Assembly (NCBI RefSeq): GCF_001545095.1
Contig: NZ_CP013213.1
Location: forward strand, 2,463,109 to 2,495,108
Length of the DNA stretch: 32,000 nt
Source: Erysipelothrix larvae
GTDB taxonomy: Bacteria; Bacillota_I; Bacilli_A; Erysipelotrichales; Erysipelotrichaceae
Direction of reading: 5' to 3'
Positions 16,999-27,419 of the stretch are shown here, in pieces. A model generated the notes under the pieces. It did not search any database. It saw nothing but the letters and a program-made list of their open reading frames with translations, and was not told the DNA's origin. The position numbers were made by a program, and so were the translations under genes. Numbering within the stretch: the first letter of the stretch is position 1; each line of letters opens with the position of its first letter.

Positions 16999-18723
16999 TT
17001 ATGCGATTGATCTTAATTGAGTATTCACAAAATCATAATACTCTTCAAATTTAGATAAGTCTTCGTCAACGTTGTATTTTAACCCAATTATCTTATCAAA
17101 GATATGTGTTTCCACAATTGCTGACATCGTTTTCTTTTCTTTTAATATTTTTTGACACTCATCATACGTATATGAAATGAGTTTTAGCATTGCAGTTTGT
17201 TTTTCCAATGATACGGAACTATCAAACTTATGGAACGCATTTTGTTGGAGATAACCAACACGAACTACACGTGCCATCTCAAGGGTTAGTTTTTGTTGAT
17301 CCGCAAGAACATCTTGTCCAATCAACTTCACAATTTCCATCAAACGGTTTTCTTCATTAAGAATTGATAAAATACGTTGACGGTTGATAAGGAACTCTTC
17401 TCCAAGGTGTGAATCAAACCATGAGTTTAATTGACTTAAGTATTCACTGTAACTTTGGTTATAGTTGATTGAAGGGAAGTGACGGATATACGCAAGGTTT
17501 TTATCCAACGCCCAGAAACAACCAATAAACCGTTTTGTGTTTTGAGTAACTGGTTCTGAGAAGTCAGCACCTTGTGGTGAAATCGCACCAACAATACTGA
17601 TTGAACCGATTGAATCATTTAAGTTTTTTACAAATGAACTTCTTTCATAGAATGCAGCAAGACGTGATGCAAGGTATGCAGGGAAGCCTTCTTCAGCTGG
17701 CATTTCTTCCAAACGACCGGATAACTCACGAAGTGCTTCTGCCCAACGTGATGTTGAGTCCGCCATAAGGGCCACATGGTACCCCATATCACGATAATAC
17801 TCAGCAAAGGTTATTCCTGTATAAATGGATGCTTCACGCGCAGCAACTGGCATGTTTGACGTATTTGCAATCAGAATGGTCCGTTCGAGTAAGGTTCTTC
17901 CTGTTTTAGGGTCCACCAACTCACCAAATTCTTCAAGTACTTGAGCCATTTCATTACCACGTTCACCACAACCAATGTACACGATAATATCCGCATCACA
18001 CCATTTTGCAAGTTGGTGTTGAAGCATTGTTTTCCCAGCACCAAATCCACCAGGGATTGCAGCGCTCCCACCTTTTACAATTGGGAATAAGGTATCAATG
18101 ACACGTTGTCCTGTAATGAGGGGTTCTTTGGCGTCAATGCGTTCTTTCACAGGGCGTTCGTGACGAATTGGCCATGTGTTTACTAATGTTTGTGTTTCGC
18201 CGCTTTCATAACTCACCACAATATCTTGAGTTGTATAGGATTTGTTTTCACAATCAGATGCGATAATACCATCATGTTGTGCCATCACGCGGTGTTCAAT
18301 TGCGCCTGTTTCAAAGAAAGTTGCAAGGATTGCACCTTTTGAAACATAGTCGCCTTTTTTAACTTTAAAGGTAAGGTCCCATCCGATAGTAGCATCAAGT
18401 GTTGGTACATCTTGACCGACTTCTAGATACGATCCAAATTTCTTTTCAATTTGTTTAAGGGGTCGTCCAATCCCATCAAAGATATTTCCAAGTAGCCCTG
18501 GGCCCAAGTCAACACTTAATGGCGTGCCGGTGTGAACAATTTCTTCACCCACTCGCATTGAGGTTGTTGATTCATAGACTTGGATTGTCGCAAAGTCTTC
18601 ATCGATTCCAATGACTTCTCCCATGAGTTTGTTTTTACCAACAAACACCATTTCTTGCATCATGAAGTCGTTAACGTCTTTACTCTTGATGATTGGTCCA
18701 TTTATCCAATATATTTGACTCAT
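16999..18723 (-). CDS. ntpA: V/A-type ATPase subunit A (catalytic)
   Basis: Walker [12 protein letters not shown] is present, together with the non-homologous insert typical of A subunits. I set the start at [11 protein letters not shown] (ATG 18723), with AGGAG 7 nt upstream and 4 nt after the subunit E stop. The track start would overlap E by 17 nt. Confidence 0.95.
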   Translation of the reverse strand: MSQIYWINGPIIKSKDVNDFMMQEMVFVGKNKLMGEVIGIDEDFATIQVYESTTSMRVGEEIVHTGTPLSVDLGPGLLGNIFDGIGRPLKQIEKKFGSYLEVGQDVPTLDATIGWDLTFKVKKGDYVSKGAILATFFETGAIEHRVMAQHDGIIASDCENKSYTTQDIVVSYESGETQTLVNTWPIRHERPVKERIDAKEPLITGQRVIDTLFPIVKGGSAAIPGGFGAGKTMLQHQLAKWCDADIIVYIGCGERGNEMAQVLEEFGELVDPKTGRTLLERTILIANTSNMPVAAREASIYTGITFAEYYRDMGYHVALMADSTSRWAEALRELSGRLEEMPAEEGFPAYLASRLAAFYERSSFVKNLNDSIGSISIVGAISPQGADFSEPVTQNTKRFIGCFWALDKNLAYIRHFPSINYNQSYSEYLSQLNSWFDSHLGEEFLINRQRILSILNEENRLMEIVKLIGQDVLADQQKLTLEMARVVRVGYLQQNAFHKFDSSVSLEKQTAMLKLISYTYDECQKILKEKKTMSAIVETHIFDKIIGLKYNVDEDLSKFEEYYDFVNTQLRSIA

Positions 18724-18727
18724 CTCA

Positions 18728-19282
18728 TCACTCCTGTCCATCAATATTTAGTGTATTAGAAAAGGAATCAAATACTTCTTTGAATGCAGTTTCTAATGTA
18801 AAATCAATAATTCGAGATCCATCCACTACTTTAAATCCACCCAGTGGAATGGTCGCAACTTTCGTATCAACATCTTTAAAATGCACAACATCTTCAGCGC
18901 GTACATAATACGTGCCCGACTTTGGTGCTTTTGATTTTGCTAATTCGAGATATCCGACATATTCAGGGGTATTGAGCATTGTGGTAAGTCGCTTGCGTGT
19001 TTTATCACGAAGGACATTGATTTGTTCAGTTTTTACTTCACGAAGGGCAGTGCGAACTTTCCATTTTTGCTCAGAACTGTAATGCTTGTGATCCTGTTTT
19101 GAGTCGCCTTCTTTTCTCTCTAATTTTTTTTGAAGCATTTCTGCTTGATATTCGTCGTATTCCACCAATTGTCTACTCAAACTTTGTTTAAAGTTATCGA
19201 TATAAACTTCAGTGTCCTCATGTTCATGAGCAGCGATACGACTGATTATCTCTTCAGTAATGCGTGCTTTTTCACCAGCCAT
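18728..19282 (-). CDS. V/A-type ATPase subunit E (peripheral stalk)
   Basis: 184 aa. It has a charged N-terminal coiled coil plus a C-terminal globular part (VATIPLGGFKVVDGSRIIDFTLE), which fits subunit E. The start overlaps the F stop by 1 nt. Confidence 0.8.
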   Translation of the reverse strand: MAGEKARITEEIISRIAAHEHEDTEVYIDNFKQSLSRQLVEYDEYQAEMLQKKLERKEGDSKQDHKHYSSEQKWKVRTALREVKTEQINVLRDKTRKRLTTMLNTPEYVGYLELAKSKAPKSGTYYVRAEDVVHFKDVDTKVATIPLGGFKVVDGSRIIDFTLETAFKEVFDSFSNTLNIDGQE

Positions 19283-19590
19283 TATGTCACCTTCCCAACT
19301 ATCTTCCGGATTGTCTCATCGAGCATCGATTGCACTTCATGAGAATGATGTCGGTCTGATATTTCAACAATCAGAGGCTTTTTAAGTTCTAGCTTCAATT
19401 CCATCAAGTGATCTCGATCTAAATCAAACGCTTGGGTTGTCATTAATACGATCCCAATTTCTGGATTGTTTAAAACATCATCAAGTACAGTCTTGAGTGT
19501 GCCTTCGTCGTGGACTATTGCACCATCAATTCCGCCAAGCCGCATCCCCATTAATGTATCGACGTTGTCGCTAATGAGGAAGATTTTCAT
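19282..19590 (-). CDS. V/A-type ATPase subunit F
   Basis: 102 aa. MKIFLISDNVDTLMGMRLGGIDGAIV matches the subunit F signature (IgD.dt..GfrLaGi). It has an ATGA overlap with the K gene. Confidence 0.85.
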   Translation of the reverse strand: MKIFLISDNVDTLMGMRLGGIDGAIVHDEGTLKTVLDDVLNNPEIGIVLMTTQAFDLDRDHLMELKLELKKPLIVEISDRHHSHEVQSMLDETIRKIVGKVT

Positions 19591-20024
19591 AAACGAATTA
19601 CGATTAAGATAGCGACTAATAGACCATAGATCGCAACACCTTCTGCCAAGGCAACGAAGATCATAGCCTTACCAAATGTGTCACTTTTCTCAGCTAATGC
19701 ACCAATAGCAGCAGGCGCAGCGTGTGCAACGGCAATCCCAGCACCAAGTGCTGAACATCCAACAGCGATTGAAGCTGCGATAAATCCTAACCCTTGTGCA
19801 ATACTTCCTACGAATGCTGAATCAACAGCTGTTTCAGTATCAGCATATGCTGTTGTGCTAAATAGGAATACTCCAACACATGAAGCAAAGAATAATGCGA
19901 TTTGTAATTTTACACGGAACGCTCCATTTTCAACAGTTGTTTTACCTTGGAAAACTGGAACAAGTGGTAATGTAATAAGTGCGATAAGGACTAAAGGTCC
20001 TACGAATTGTAATACTGTAAACAT
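19587..20024 (-). CDS. ntpK: V/A-type ATPase proteolipid subunit K (c-ring), with atypical N-terminal half
   Basis: 145 aa with a GGAGGA RBS. The C-terminal ~70 aa form a glycine/alanine-rich helical hairpin with the carboxylate in ALAEGVAIYGL. The N-terminal ~70 aa are hydrophobic but not c-subunit-like. Confidence 0.85.
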   Translation of the reverse strand: MFTVLQFVGPLVLIALITLPLVPVFQGKTTVENGAFRVKLQIALFFASCVGVFLFSTTAYADTETAVDSAFVGSIAQGLGFIAASIAVGCSALGAGIAVAHAAPAAIGALAEKSDTFGKAMIFVALAEGVAIYGLLVAILIVIRL

Positions 20025-20035
20025 TGAATTTCCTC

Positions 20036-21820
20036 CTAAAGTGTTTTGTATTCAACGCCGCCACTCTCGTAATAACGGCTAAACATTTCATAATATTCAA
20101 GACGTAATGCTTGGATACCTACAATTAGTCCTTCAAGTCCAATAACTAAGATGTTCCCGAAGATGAGAACAAGTGGACCTGCTGTTCCTGCAAGTACTCG
20201 AAGTTCCATAACTACCGTCATCATCCCAACGTGACTGAGGATAAATCCACCCACACGTAAGAATGACAATGTATTTGCCATAAAACTCAACAGCACTTCA
20301 AACAATTCAAAGAAGCTTTCTGTAATGTATCCACCCCAACCATCTTCTGGTTTGAGTTTCTTTCTTTGAATTGCATTGTGAATTGGAACATGGAACATAA
20401 TTGATAATAGTGGTAATCCTACACAGAGGATTAAGAGCGGTGTTGTAAAGATGTTCACTTTATATACTAGATTTAGAACAGCTCCTACAACTAAATAAAC
20501 ATAGAACACGATACCACAAACTCCGTTTTGAGAAAGGATTGCAGATGCGTATCGTTTTTGTTTCATCAAGATTAATACATTCATAAGCATTGATATTACA
20601 ATGAGTATTACACCCATCGCAACGGCAGCAATCAGTAAAGGTTGCGTCATGTCATTATCCCCAACATGGATTGGTAATCCAAAGGGACGAAGGAACCCAT
20701 CTAGAATTGTTTCATCTCCAAACACTGAACCGTAAATGATTCCAAAGAACGCTGAGAACATACCGATGCGCATTAAAACAGCACCAAGTCCCATTCCTTT
20801 TTTCTTTAGCATGAACCATCCAACCAATGAAATCACAACTCCTTGCCCAAGGTCCCCAAACATAATCCCAAATAGTAGACTATATGTTATGGCGAAGAAG
20901 GTTGTTGGATCAAAGGTTCCATATCGTGGAAGTCCATACATCTCAACAAACGATTCAAACGGTTTAACGGATTTCCGATTGCTTAATTTTGTAGGTGGTG
21001 TGAAGTGATAATCACTGTTTTCCACATCTTCAATTTCAAAATCACTAAATTCTTTTTTAAATTCTTCTACTTCATCTTCAGGAACAAAGGCGTTAAATAA
21101 GATTGTATCTTCCTCAACACTTACAAATTTCTCGAATTGTTCCATTTTAGAACGCCAAGCCACAAATCCACAGATTTCTCCAAGTGCTTGCTTGCAGTAA
21201 TCACGAATTTCCTCTTCTTGTTCCATATCTTTTGGAATATCTACAGTTTCAAAGTAGAGCGAACCAAACATCTCTTCAAAGTGCTTATCGTCTTCTTTCA
21301 TACATAGATACATAATCCAAACATAGTGTTTATTTCGCACTAATTCTGTAAAGATAAATGCCTCATTGTTATAAAGGGTTACCCGTGACAATGCTTCTAG
21401 AGGAATTCGTCCAAGGTGAACTGCAATGTATTGAAGTTCTTGACCATGGAGATATTCGTGAAGTTTTGCCAGTGCTTCCTTATCTTCTTTATCTGAAGTT
21501 CTTGCTCTTGAGGCAGTGAATTTTTCATACTTGCCTTCAACTTTATCAATTGTGTCCTTGATAACATCCAACTCAACTTCATTAATGTCACTAAGATTTT
21601 CAACGAGTCCTAAGTTTAATCCTTTGTCCACTGCATCAATGCGTGTTTTCAATTGAGTATAAACTTGGTCTTGAGCATATTGAAATCCAATCATTTTTGA
21701 CTTGATTACATCGTTTGCCAAAATTGGGTGGAAATTCTTTTTTGCAACAGCATGAGAAGCTAATTCAAGGTATTGATCTCTAGAACAGCGAACACTCAAT
21801 AATTTCATTTTTTCAATCAT
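20036..21820 (-). CDS. ntpI: V/A-type ATPase subunit I (a-type stator)
   Basis: 594 aa. A soluble N-terminal half is followed by a polytopic C-terminal half containing the conserved stator arginine context NTLSFLRVGGFILSH. It has an ATGA overlap with the upstream gene. Confidence 0.9.
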   Translation of the reverse strand: MIEKMKLLSVRCSRDQYLELASHAVAKKNFHPILANDVIKSKMIGFQYAQDQVYTQLKTRIDAVDKGLNLGLVENLSDINEVELDVIKDTIDKVEGKYEKFTASRARTSDKEDKEALAKLHEYLHGQELQYIAVHLGRIPLEALSRVTLYNNEAFIFTELVRNKHYVWIMYLCMKEDDKHFEEMFGSLYFETVDIPKDMEQEEEIRDYCKQALGEICGFVAWRSKMEQFEKFVSVEEDTILFNAFVPEDEVEEFKKEFSDFEIEDVENSDYHFTPPTKLSNRKSVKPFESFVEMYGLPRYGTFDPTTFFAITYSLLFGIMFGDLGQGVVISLVGWFMLKKKGMGLGAVLMRIGMFSAFFGIIYGSVFGDETILDGFLRPFGLPIHVGDNDMTQPLLIAAVAMGVILIVISMLMNVLILMKQKRYASAILSQNGVCGIVFYVYLVVGAVLNLVYKVNIFTTPLLILCVGLPLLSIMFHVPIHNAIQRKKLKPEDGWGGYITESFFELFEVLLSFMANTLSFLRVGGFILSHVGMMTVVMELRVLAGTAGPLVLIFGNILVIGLEGLIVGIQALRLEYYEMFSRYYESGGVEYKTL

Positions 21821-22821
21821 GTTTGTTTCACCTCAAATACCAGTTGTTCTAGAATCGACTGTACATTTCTACGATAACGTACACCTTCGATTATACTGAT
21901 GATATTTTTTACTTCTATATCCATTAACATCTTATAAGCATAAACAACTGCTTTACTGTCTTGACTGTATCGCATCACTTTCAATGCTTGTTTAAAGCGC
22001 ATCCGATCGAAGTAGTTCTCAATCGTTGAGCGGTATACTTCTTGAGGAATACCATACTTTTCTTTTACATTCGCGACAAATAAGTTAGGATCCGATTGTT
22101 CAACCCAATCCTTTAACTCTTGTTTCTTTAACTTATAAGGGATCCACGTGTAACTTTCTAGCTTCTTAATATAGTTTGGATTATTTGCAATAACCATTCT
22201 AAATGCTTCGGCCACACGGGTTAATTCAATGTCAAAGCGGAAGATATCTCTAAATTCTTCACTATCCTTCGCTTCATTTTCATTGACGAGTTTAATATAT
22301 AAATCGTACAACTTGCTTTCTATTTCCCAAATTGGTGTCCCCTTGTTAACTTCCACGTCAACCGTATGTGCATACGGGCTGCGTGCTATCGTTTTAAGGA
22401 CTGCTTCAATTGAGTTACAGTTTATAAGATCCGCAACGTTGAATGAGAATGATTGACTGAGTTCTACACTATCACGTGTTGGTTGATAAATTACTCCGTG
22501 ACTGAGTGAATAGAGCATATCAACAATCAAATTTCGCTCTAAATCCAAAGAAAAAAAAGTCTTCGCCCTGGCAACTTGCTCCATCCGCAAAAGACTCTTG
22601 TATTCAAGAGGAACCATCACTCGTATTCTTTGTTCTAAAATGTCTCGGTGTATTTCAAGACTGCGCACGCCTTCCATTACACCTTCATAACGAGGGTGTT
22701 TTTCAAAGAACATGGCAACATCTTCAACACGCTTCAAATCGGCCAATTGATGGTAATCAAAGTCTTTTAAATGTAAGCTATACATTGCTCTCGCTTTAGC
22801 AATTACCGCTGTATTAGGCAT
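21817..22821 (-). CDS. V/A-type ATPase subunit C (eukaryotic d-type)
   Basis: 334 aa, all-helical, with a start (AKARAMYSLHLKDFDYHQLADL...) typical of the bacterial C / V0-d family. It is translationally coupled on both sides. Confidence 0.85.
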   Translation of the reverse strand: MPNTAVIAKARAMYSLHLKDFDYHQLADLKRVEDVAMFFEKHPRYEGVMEGVRSLEIHRDILEQRIRVMVPLEYKSLLRMEQVARAKTFFSLDLERNLIVDMLYSLSHGVIYQPTRDSVELSQSFSFNVADLINCNSIEAVLKTIARSPYAHTVDVEVNKGTPIWEIESKLYDLYIKLVNENEAKDSEEFRDIFRFDIELTRVAEAFRMVIANNPNYIKKLESYTWIPYKLKKQELKDWVEQSDPNLFVANVKEKYGIPQEVYRSTIENYFDRMRFKQALKVMRYSQDSKAVVYAYKMLMDIEVKNIISIIEGVRYRRNVQSILEQLVFEVKQT

Positions 22822-23128
22822 TGCTTAAACTCTCCCTGACTAGACGTTCAACCCACTCATCCGACCTCTCTTCGAATAATTTGATCATTGCTGCTTTCTG
22901 TTCTTCGAATTCAGCTTTAAGCGCATTATCCAATGCACCCAGTTCATCTTCTCTTTCTTGATCCATTCGGTTTGATTCGATCTCATAAGCTGCATGATTT
23001 GCGTCATCAATATTCTGCTTCGCACTTTCGAATTCTTTATTCAACTCAGCAAGCTTTGTGGTACGTCTTGTCAACGCCTCTTTCGCTTCTTTATCTCTTT
23101 GAAGAATTCTTACTATTGAATCATCCAT
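22814..23128 (-). CDS. Small charged coiled-coil protein, probable V-ATPase peripheral-stalk subunit (G/H-like)
   Basis: 104 aa, highly charged and predicted helical. It is the first gene of the operon, with a GGAGG RBS, and it overlaps the C gene by 8 nt. The assignment rests on position and composition only. Confidence 0.5.
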   Translation of the reverse strand: MDDSIVRILQRDKEAKEALTRRTTKLAELNKEFESAKQNIDDANHAAYEIESNRMDQEREDELGALDNALKAEFEEQKAAMIKLFEERSDEWVERLVRESLSNA

Positions 23129-23671
23129 TTCACGCCTCCTATCGCTAACACTAACACTATACGCTTAAGACTTTGGGAATGCAACAGATATTATATCGAA
23201 AAGTACATAAAATTCGTCGCGTTTCTTCACTTTTTCACGATTCCCATCACAAATCATAATTGAGAGGGTTTACAACCTCAGAAACGCACTATTTATTGAC
23301 CGACAGTCAATTTTTTTAAATGTTTTTTCGCTCATTTTAAGATTAATTTTTAGTCTTTTTTATAAAATTAGTCGTCACCTGTTCTCGTTTCTCCCTTTAC
23401 TCTCTTAAAACATAAAACACTTGAAACCTATCAATATTTTCTTTAGGTATTTTCTGAATGTATACCTACAATAGTGTATTATCTTCCAGTTAAGATGTGA
23501 TAACAGTGATCTCACAAATTTTACTTTACTTGTATTCATAAATATTCATTATGATTATTTCAATTTGAGAGATTAAAAGTTCTTACTGTTTAAAAGTTAA
23601 GGATCTGTTTTTATTGGTATCAACTGTATATAAAAAAGTTATATAAGTCTTTTAATAATTTCCAATCAGAT

Positions 23672-23725
23672 AACAAAAAAATCACTTAAACACAGCAAAT
23701 TTCTCTTGCTAAATGTAAAGTGATT
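23672..23725 (-). terminator. Intrinsic terminator after the S4-domain gene (rqcP/yabO)
   Basis: On the - strand: AAATCACTT...AAGTGATTT (9-bp outer stem) enclosing an inner AGCAA/TTGCT stem, followed by T7. Confidence 0.55.
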
Positions 23726-23762
23726 TTTAGTTAGATAGTTTTTAACTATTATAGAGTTATTA

Positions 23763-24026
23763 TTACTCTGATTTCGGTACTGAGCGATCAAAAATTAACT
23801 CATAATAGGGTGGGCTGTCCTTGTGCATTTTCTCGCTCATATAGGTTATCTTCACACGAATGTGTCTGTGTTCAAAACGAATCTCTACTTCATCACCAAT
23901 ATTTACTTCTGATGAAGGTTTTGAAAGTTTGTCATTCACGAATACACGATTATCATCTGCCAAATCTTTCGCAACAGCGCGACGTTTTATGATTCGTGAT
24001 ACTTTTAAGTATTTATCAAGACGCAT
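23763..24026 (-). CDS. rqcP: S4-domain RNA-binding protein, YabO/RqcP (Hsp15-like)
   Basis: 87 aa. [41 protein letters not shown] closely parallels B. subtilis YabO as I recall it. AAGGAGA RBS. The start overlaps the mfd 3' end by 11 nt. Confidence 0.85.
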   Translation of the reverse strand: MRLDKYLKVSRIIKRRAVAKDLADDNRVFVNDKLSKPSSEVNIGDEVEIRFEHRHIRVKITYMSEKMHKDSPPYYELIFDRSVPKSE

Positions 24027-27000
24027 TATCTTTCTCCTTTATATGTTCCATGATATATAGTAGTTCATCAGACCAATCCAAATCGAGTGGAAGGATGATT
24101 GTAATTGATTTGTTTAAATATTTAATTTTAATATCTAATGATCGATTCGAGATAATCTCAAATAAATGCATGCCATCAATGCGTTCACTGAATTCTTCAG
24201 AATACGTAAGTTCTACGCGGTTTACATACTCTTTAAAGGACTTCACTCGGGGGTCGGACAAGAATATTTCAAGGCGTTTTTTCTCAAGAAGCATTTCTAC
24301 AGCATGCGGAAGTGAACCGTATCGATCTTCCATTCGATGCTTAAATGCATTCAGCTTGTCGAAGTCAGTAACCATACTGAGTTCTTGATAGATTTCTAAC
24401 TTTTCACTGTCATCATTCGCAAAGTGCTCTGGTAAGTACCCATCAAGATGTAGTGACACAGTTTCTTCTTGTGGTTTTCTTTCAATTCCTTTTTCTTTGT
24501 CTATTGCTTCGCGAAGCATTTCAATATAAAGATCAATACCGACAGTATCAATAAACCCAGATTGATTATCACCTAATAATTCCCCAGCGCCTCGTATTGT
24601 AAGGTCTCGCATTGCGATTTTATACCCACTACCAAGTTGTGTGAATTCTTTAATGGCTTGAAGTCGTTTACTTGCTACTTCAGTTAAACTCTTTTTGCTT
24701 GGTACTACAAAATAAGCATAGGCTAAGCGATCACTTCGACCAACTCGTCCCTTGATTTGATAAAGTTGTGATAAGCCAAATTTGTGGGCATTATCTACGA
24801 TGATTGTGTTTGCATTTGGAATATCAATTCCTGTTTCGATAATTGTGGTACACACTAAAACTGAAATTTCTTTTTCCACAAAACGAATCATCACATCTTC
24901 AATTTCATTTCGATCCATTTGCCCATGAACAACACCAACAGAAGTATCAAGTTCATCTCTGATTGTATTCGCAATCGCATAAAGATGTTGTGTATCATTA
25001 AAGAGATAAAATACTTGTCCCTCTCGATTTAGTTCTTTGCGCATAATGTCAAATAGGGTTTTTTCATCTTTTTCAATCACATAGGTCATCACAGGAAGTC
25101 TGTTTGATGGTGGAGTGTTGAGTTGAGAGAGTGAGCGAAGCCCAACAAGAGACATTTGAAGGGTTCGTGGAATTGGTGTAGCACTGAGTGATAAAACATC
25201 GACAGAGACTTTCAATTCTTTGATACGCTCTTTATGTTCAACACCAAAACGTTGTTCCTCATCAATGATTAAAAATCCCAAGTCTTTGAACTTCACATCT
25301 TTTGATAAGATTCGGTGTGTACCAATCAGAATATCAACGTCTCCACTGTGGACACGCTTAAGAATGTCTCGTGCTTTCTTGTCTGAAACAAATCGATTTA
25401 AAACTTCAATCACAACAGGAAACTCTTTGAATCGATCTTTAAATGTTCGATAGTGTTGTTGAGAAAGAATCGTTGTTGGACATAAGAAAGCAACTTGCTT
25501 ATGATCTGAGACTGCTTTGAATGCAGCCCGAATAGATACTTCTGTTTTCCCAAATCCTACATCGCCACAAAGCAGTCGATCCATTGGTTTTGGTGTTTCC
25601 ATATCGATTTTAATTTCTTCAATTGCTTCTTTTTGATCAACAGTGAGATCATACATAAAAGCATTTTCAAAGTCTTCTTGATATTTGCTATCTTTAGAGT
25701 ATGCAAATCCTTCAGCTTTCATACGTGTTGTGTAAAGATCTACTAACCGTTTCGCAACCTCTTCGACATTTTGTTGAATGCGTTCTTGATTTTTGCGCCA
25801 TGCATTTGATCCTAGCTTGCTCAATCTCACGGAGATTGCATTGGATGAGAAGTATTTTCTAACAAGGTGAAATTGCTCAATTGGAACAAATAATTCATCG
25901 CCACCTTGATATCGAATTTTCATAAAGTCTTTATGGATACCATCGATTTCTTTAGTGGCAATTCCCATATAGCGACCAATTCCATATTGACGATGCACTA
26001 CATAATCAAGCTCATCTAAATCCAGCACACTATTTAATGCTTCGGCTTTTGTAAATTTACTGTCATAGCGATAGCGTTTTTGATGATATTGATACAGTTC
26101 ACGAATTGTGTAATAGGATAGGTTTAAATCGTCAAATTCAAGTCCGATGTCCATCGAATCTTCGGTGATGAAGATCCCTGGTTGGATCACTTCATCATAC
26201 AAATCAAACGTACCCGTACGCTCAACAAGAATACTGATAAATTGTTTGCGTTCCTTTTCTGGCAATGAGATTAAGAAGGTTCTATGTTCAGATTCTTTAT
26301 GCATCCAATCAACCATGTCAATGAGGTTTGTCGCAACGACTTCTGCACGGTGCCATGGGACATTCAATTCATTATGGGATTGATAATCATGAATTCGATA
26401 GCTGTTTTCATACCACGATTCTTTAAGCTCAGAATAGACATCATATTCCAAAGGTAAGAGGTTCAAACCGTGGCGCTCTTGAATAAATTCCACGACATCT
26501 TCCATCAAGGTCTTCGCGAAGTGTTGCATTCCTTCAAGTGTACTAAAAACGCACATGTTTGGTGCAAGATTCATGATTGTTTCATAAGACTGCCATGATG
26601 CCAAAAGGGGATACATGGAGGGTTCGTACTGGCGTGCGATTAAAAAGGAAATTTGTGTTTGAATTTCATTTTTAAGTTCATCATTCACTGTATCGCTTAT
26701 TGTATAAAGGTGTGAAATTACATGGTCCAATATTGAATCATCTATCAGAATTTCAGAAGCAAAAATAATGGTTGCCTCTTGAAGTGTTTGAATGGACGTT
26801 TGGGTCTCTACATCAAAAAATCTGAGGGAATCAACTTCAATATCAAAGAGTTCAATCCGAATTGGATTATCATATTGACCACTAAATACATCACACACAC
26901 CCCCACGAATCGCGAAGGTGAAGGGCTTATCAACATATTTAACTTTTGTATATCCGAGTTGAATGAGTCGCTCTTGAAGTGTTTTGAGCGAAATTTCAGA

Positions 27001-27417
27001 ACCAATCTTAAGATTTAATAATGAATCAAGCAATACTTGTTTTGGACTCATCTTTCGCATAATGGCAGCAGTATGTGTCACACAAATATCATAGTCATCT
27101 GTGATAATTGAATAGAGTGCGCTCACACGCGCAAGGCGTGCTTCTTCAGAATGGGCAAGTGCTTCGATTCTGAGTGAATCTTCATGCATAAATAGAACAC
27201 CATTGATTGAAGCATCAATCTCTTTAATCATCTCAATCAGTGCTTGGGCTTGTTGTTGGTTTTCTTTCACAACAAAAATAGGTTGTTGGGTTTGAACCCA
27301 CGAACCTACATAAAGCATCGCTTCTTGGATTAAATCAAGATGAGAAGCTTCTTTCTTTTTTGAAAGAAAATCAAGGACTGTTTGATGATTTTCTAAATAG
27401 TGTCTTAACCAATTCAC
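24016..27417 (-). CDS. mfd: Transcription-repair coupling factor
   Basis: 1133 aa. It has the helicase motifs [10 protein letters not shown] (Walker A) and IIDEEQRFG (DExx), the CarD-like segment [11 protein letters not shown], and a UvrB-homology N-terminus. It uses a GTG start with GAGGA 6 nt upstream. Confidence 0.97.
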   Translation of the reverse strand: MNWLRHYLENHQTVLDFLSKKKEASHLDLIQEAMLYVGSWVQTQQPIFVVKENQQQAQALIEMIKEIDASINGVLFMHEDSLRIEALAHSEEARLARVSALYSIITDDYDICVTHTAAIMRKMSPKQVLLDSLLNLKIGSEISLKTLQERLIQLGYTKVKYVDKPFTFAIRGGVCDVFSGQYDNPIRIELFDIEVDSLRFFDVETQTSIQTLQEATIIFASEILIDDSILDHVISHLYTISDTVNDELKNEIQTQISFLIARQYEPSMYPLLASWQSYETIMNLAPNMCVFSTLEGMQHFAKTLMEDVVEFIQERHGLNLLPLEYDVYSELKESWYENSYRIHDYQSHNELNVPWHRAEVVATNLIDMVDWMHKESEHRTFLISLPEKERKQFISILVERTGTFDLYDEVIQPGIFITEDSMDIGLEFDDLNLSYYTIRELYQYHQKRYRYDSKFTKAEALNSVLDLDELDYVVHRQYGIGRYMGIATKEIDGIHKDFMKIRYQGGDELFVPIEQFHLVRKYFSSNAISVRLSKLGSNAWRKNQERIQQNVEEVAKRLVDLYTTRMKAEGFAYSKDSKYQEDFENAFMYDLTVDQKEAIEEIKIDMETPKPMDRLLCGDVGFGKTEVSIRAAFKAVSDHKQVAFLCPTTILSQQHYRTFKDRFKEFPVVIEVLNRFVSDKKARDILKRVHSGDVDILIGTHRILSKDVKFKDLGFLIIDEEQRFGVEHKERIKELKVSVDVLSLSATPIPRTLQMSLVGLRSLSQLNTPPSNRLPVMTYVIEKDEKTLFDIMRKELNREGQVFYLFNDTQHLYAIANTIRDELDTSVGVVHGQMDRNEIEDVMIRFVEKEISVLVCTTIIETGIDIPNANTIIVDNAHKFGLSQLYQIKGRVGRSDRLAYAYFVVPSKKSLTEVASKRLQAIKEFTQLGSGYKIAMRDLTIRGAGELLGDNQSGFIDTVGIDLYIEMLREAIDKEKGIERKPQEETVSLHLDGYLPEHFANDDSEKLEIYQELSMVTDFDKLNAFKHRMEDRYGSLPHAVEMLLEKKRLEIFLSDPRVKSFKEYVNRVELTYSEEFSERIDGMHLFEIISNRSLDIKIKYLNKSITIILPLDLDWSDELLYIMEHIKEKDNAS

Positions 27418-27419
27418 CT

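Noticed and set aside
19678-20082. 134-aa Ala-rich ORF on the + strand.
   Set aside because: It is antisense to the Gly/Ala-rich proteolipid K gene. The composition is a mirror artefact of GCN/GGN codons.
23145-23156. Tandem TAACAC-TAACAC in the V-ATPase 5' leader.
   Set aside because: There are only two copies of a 6-mer, which is too short to interpret.
23495-23515. TGTGA...TCACA, a CRP/FNR-like pair of half-sites.
   Set aside because: The spacing is 11 nt rather than 6, and the pair lies far from any start codon. It is probably part of the GTGAT direct repeats and not a CRP-family site.
23996-24388. 130-aa Ser-rich ORF on the + strand, plus other + strand ORFs inside mfd (25220-25453, 26147-26383, 26779-27018).
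   Set aside because: All are antisense to mfd, which is supported by multiple helicase motifs. They are shadow ORFs.
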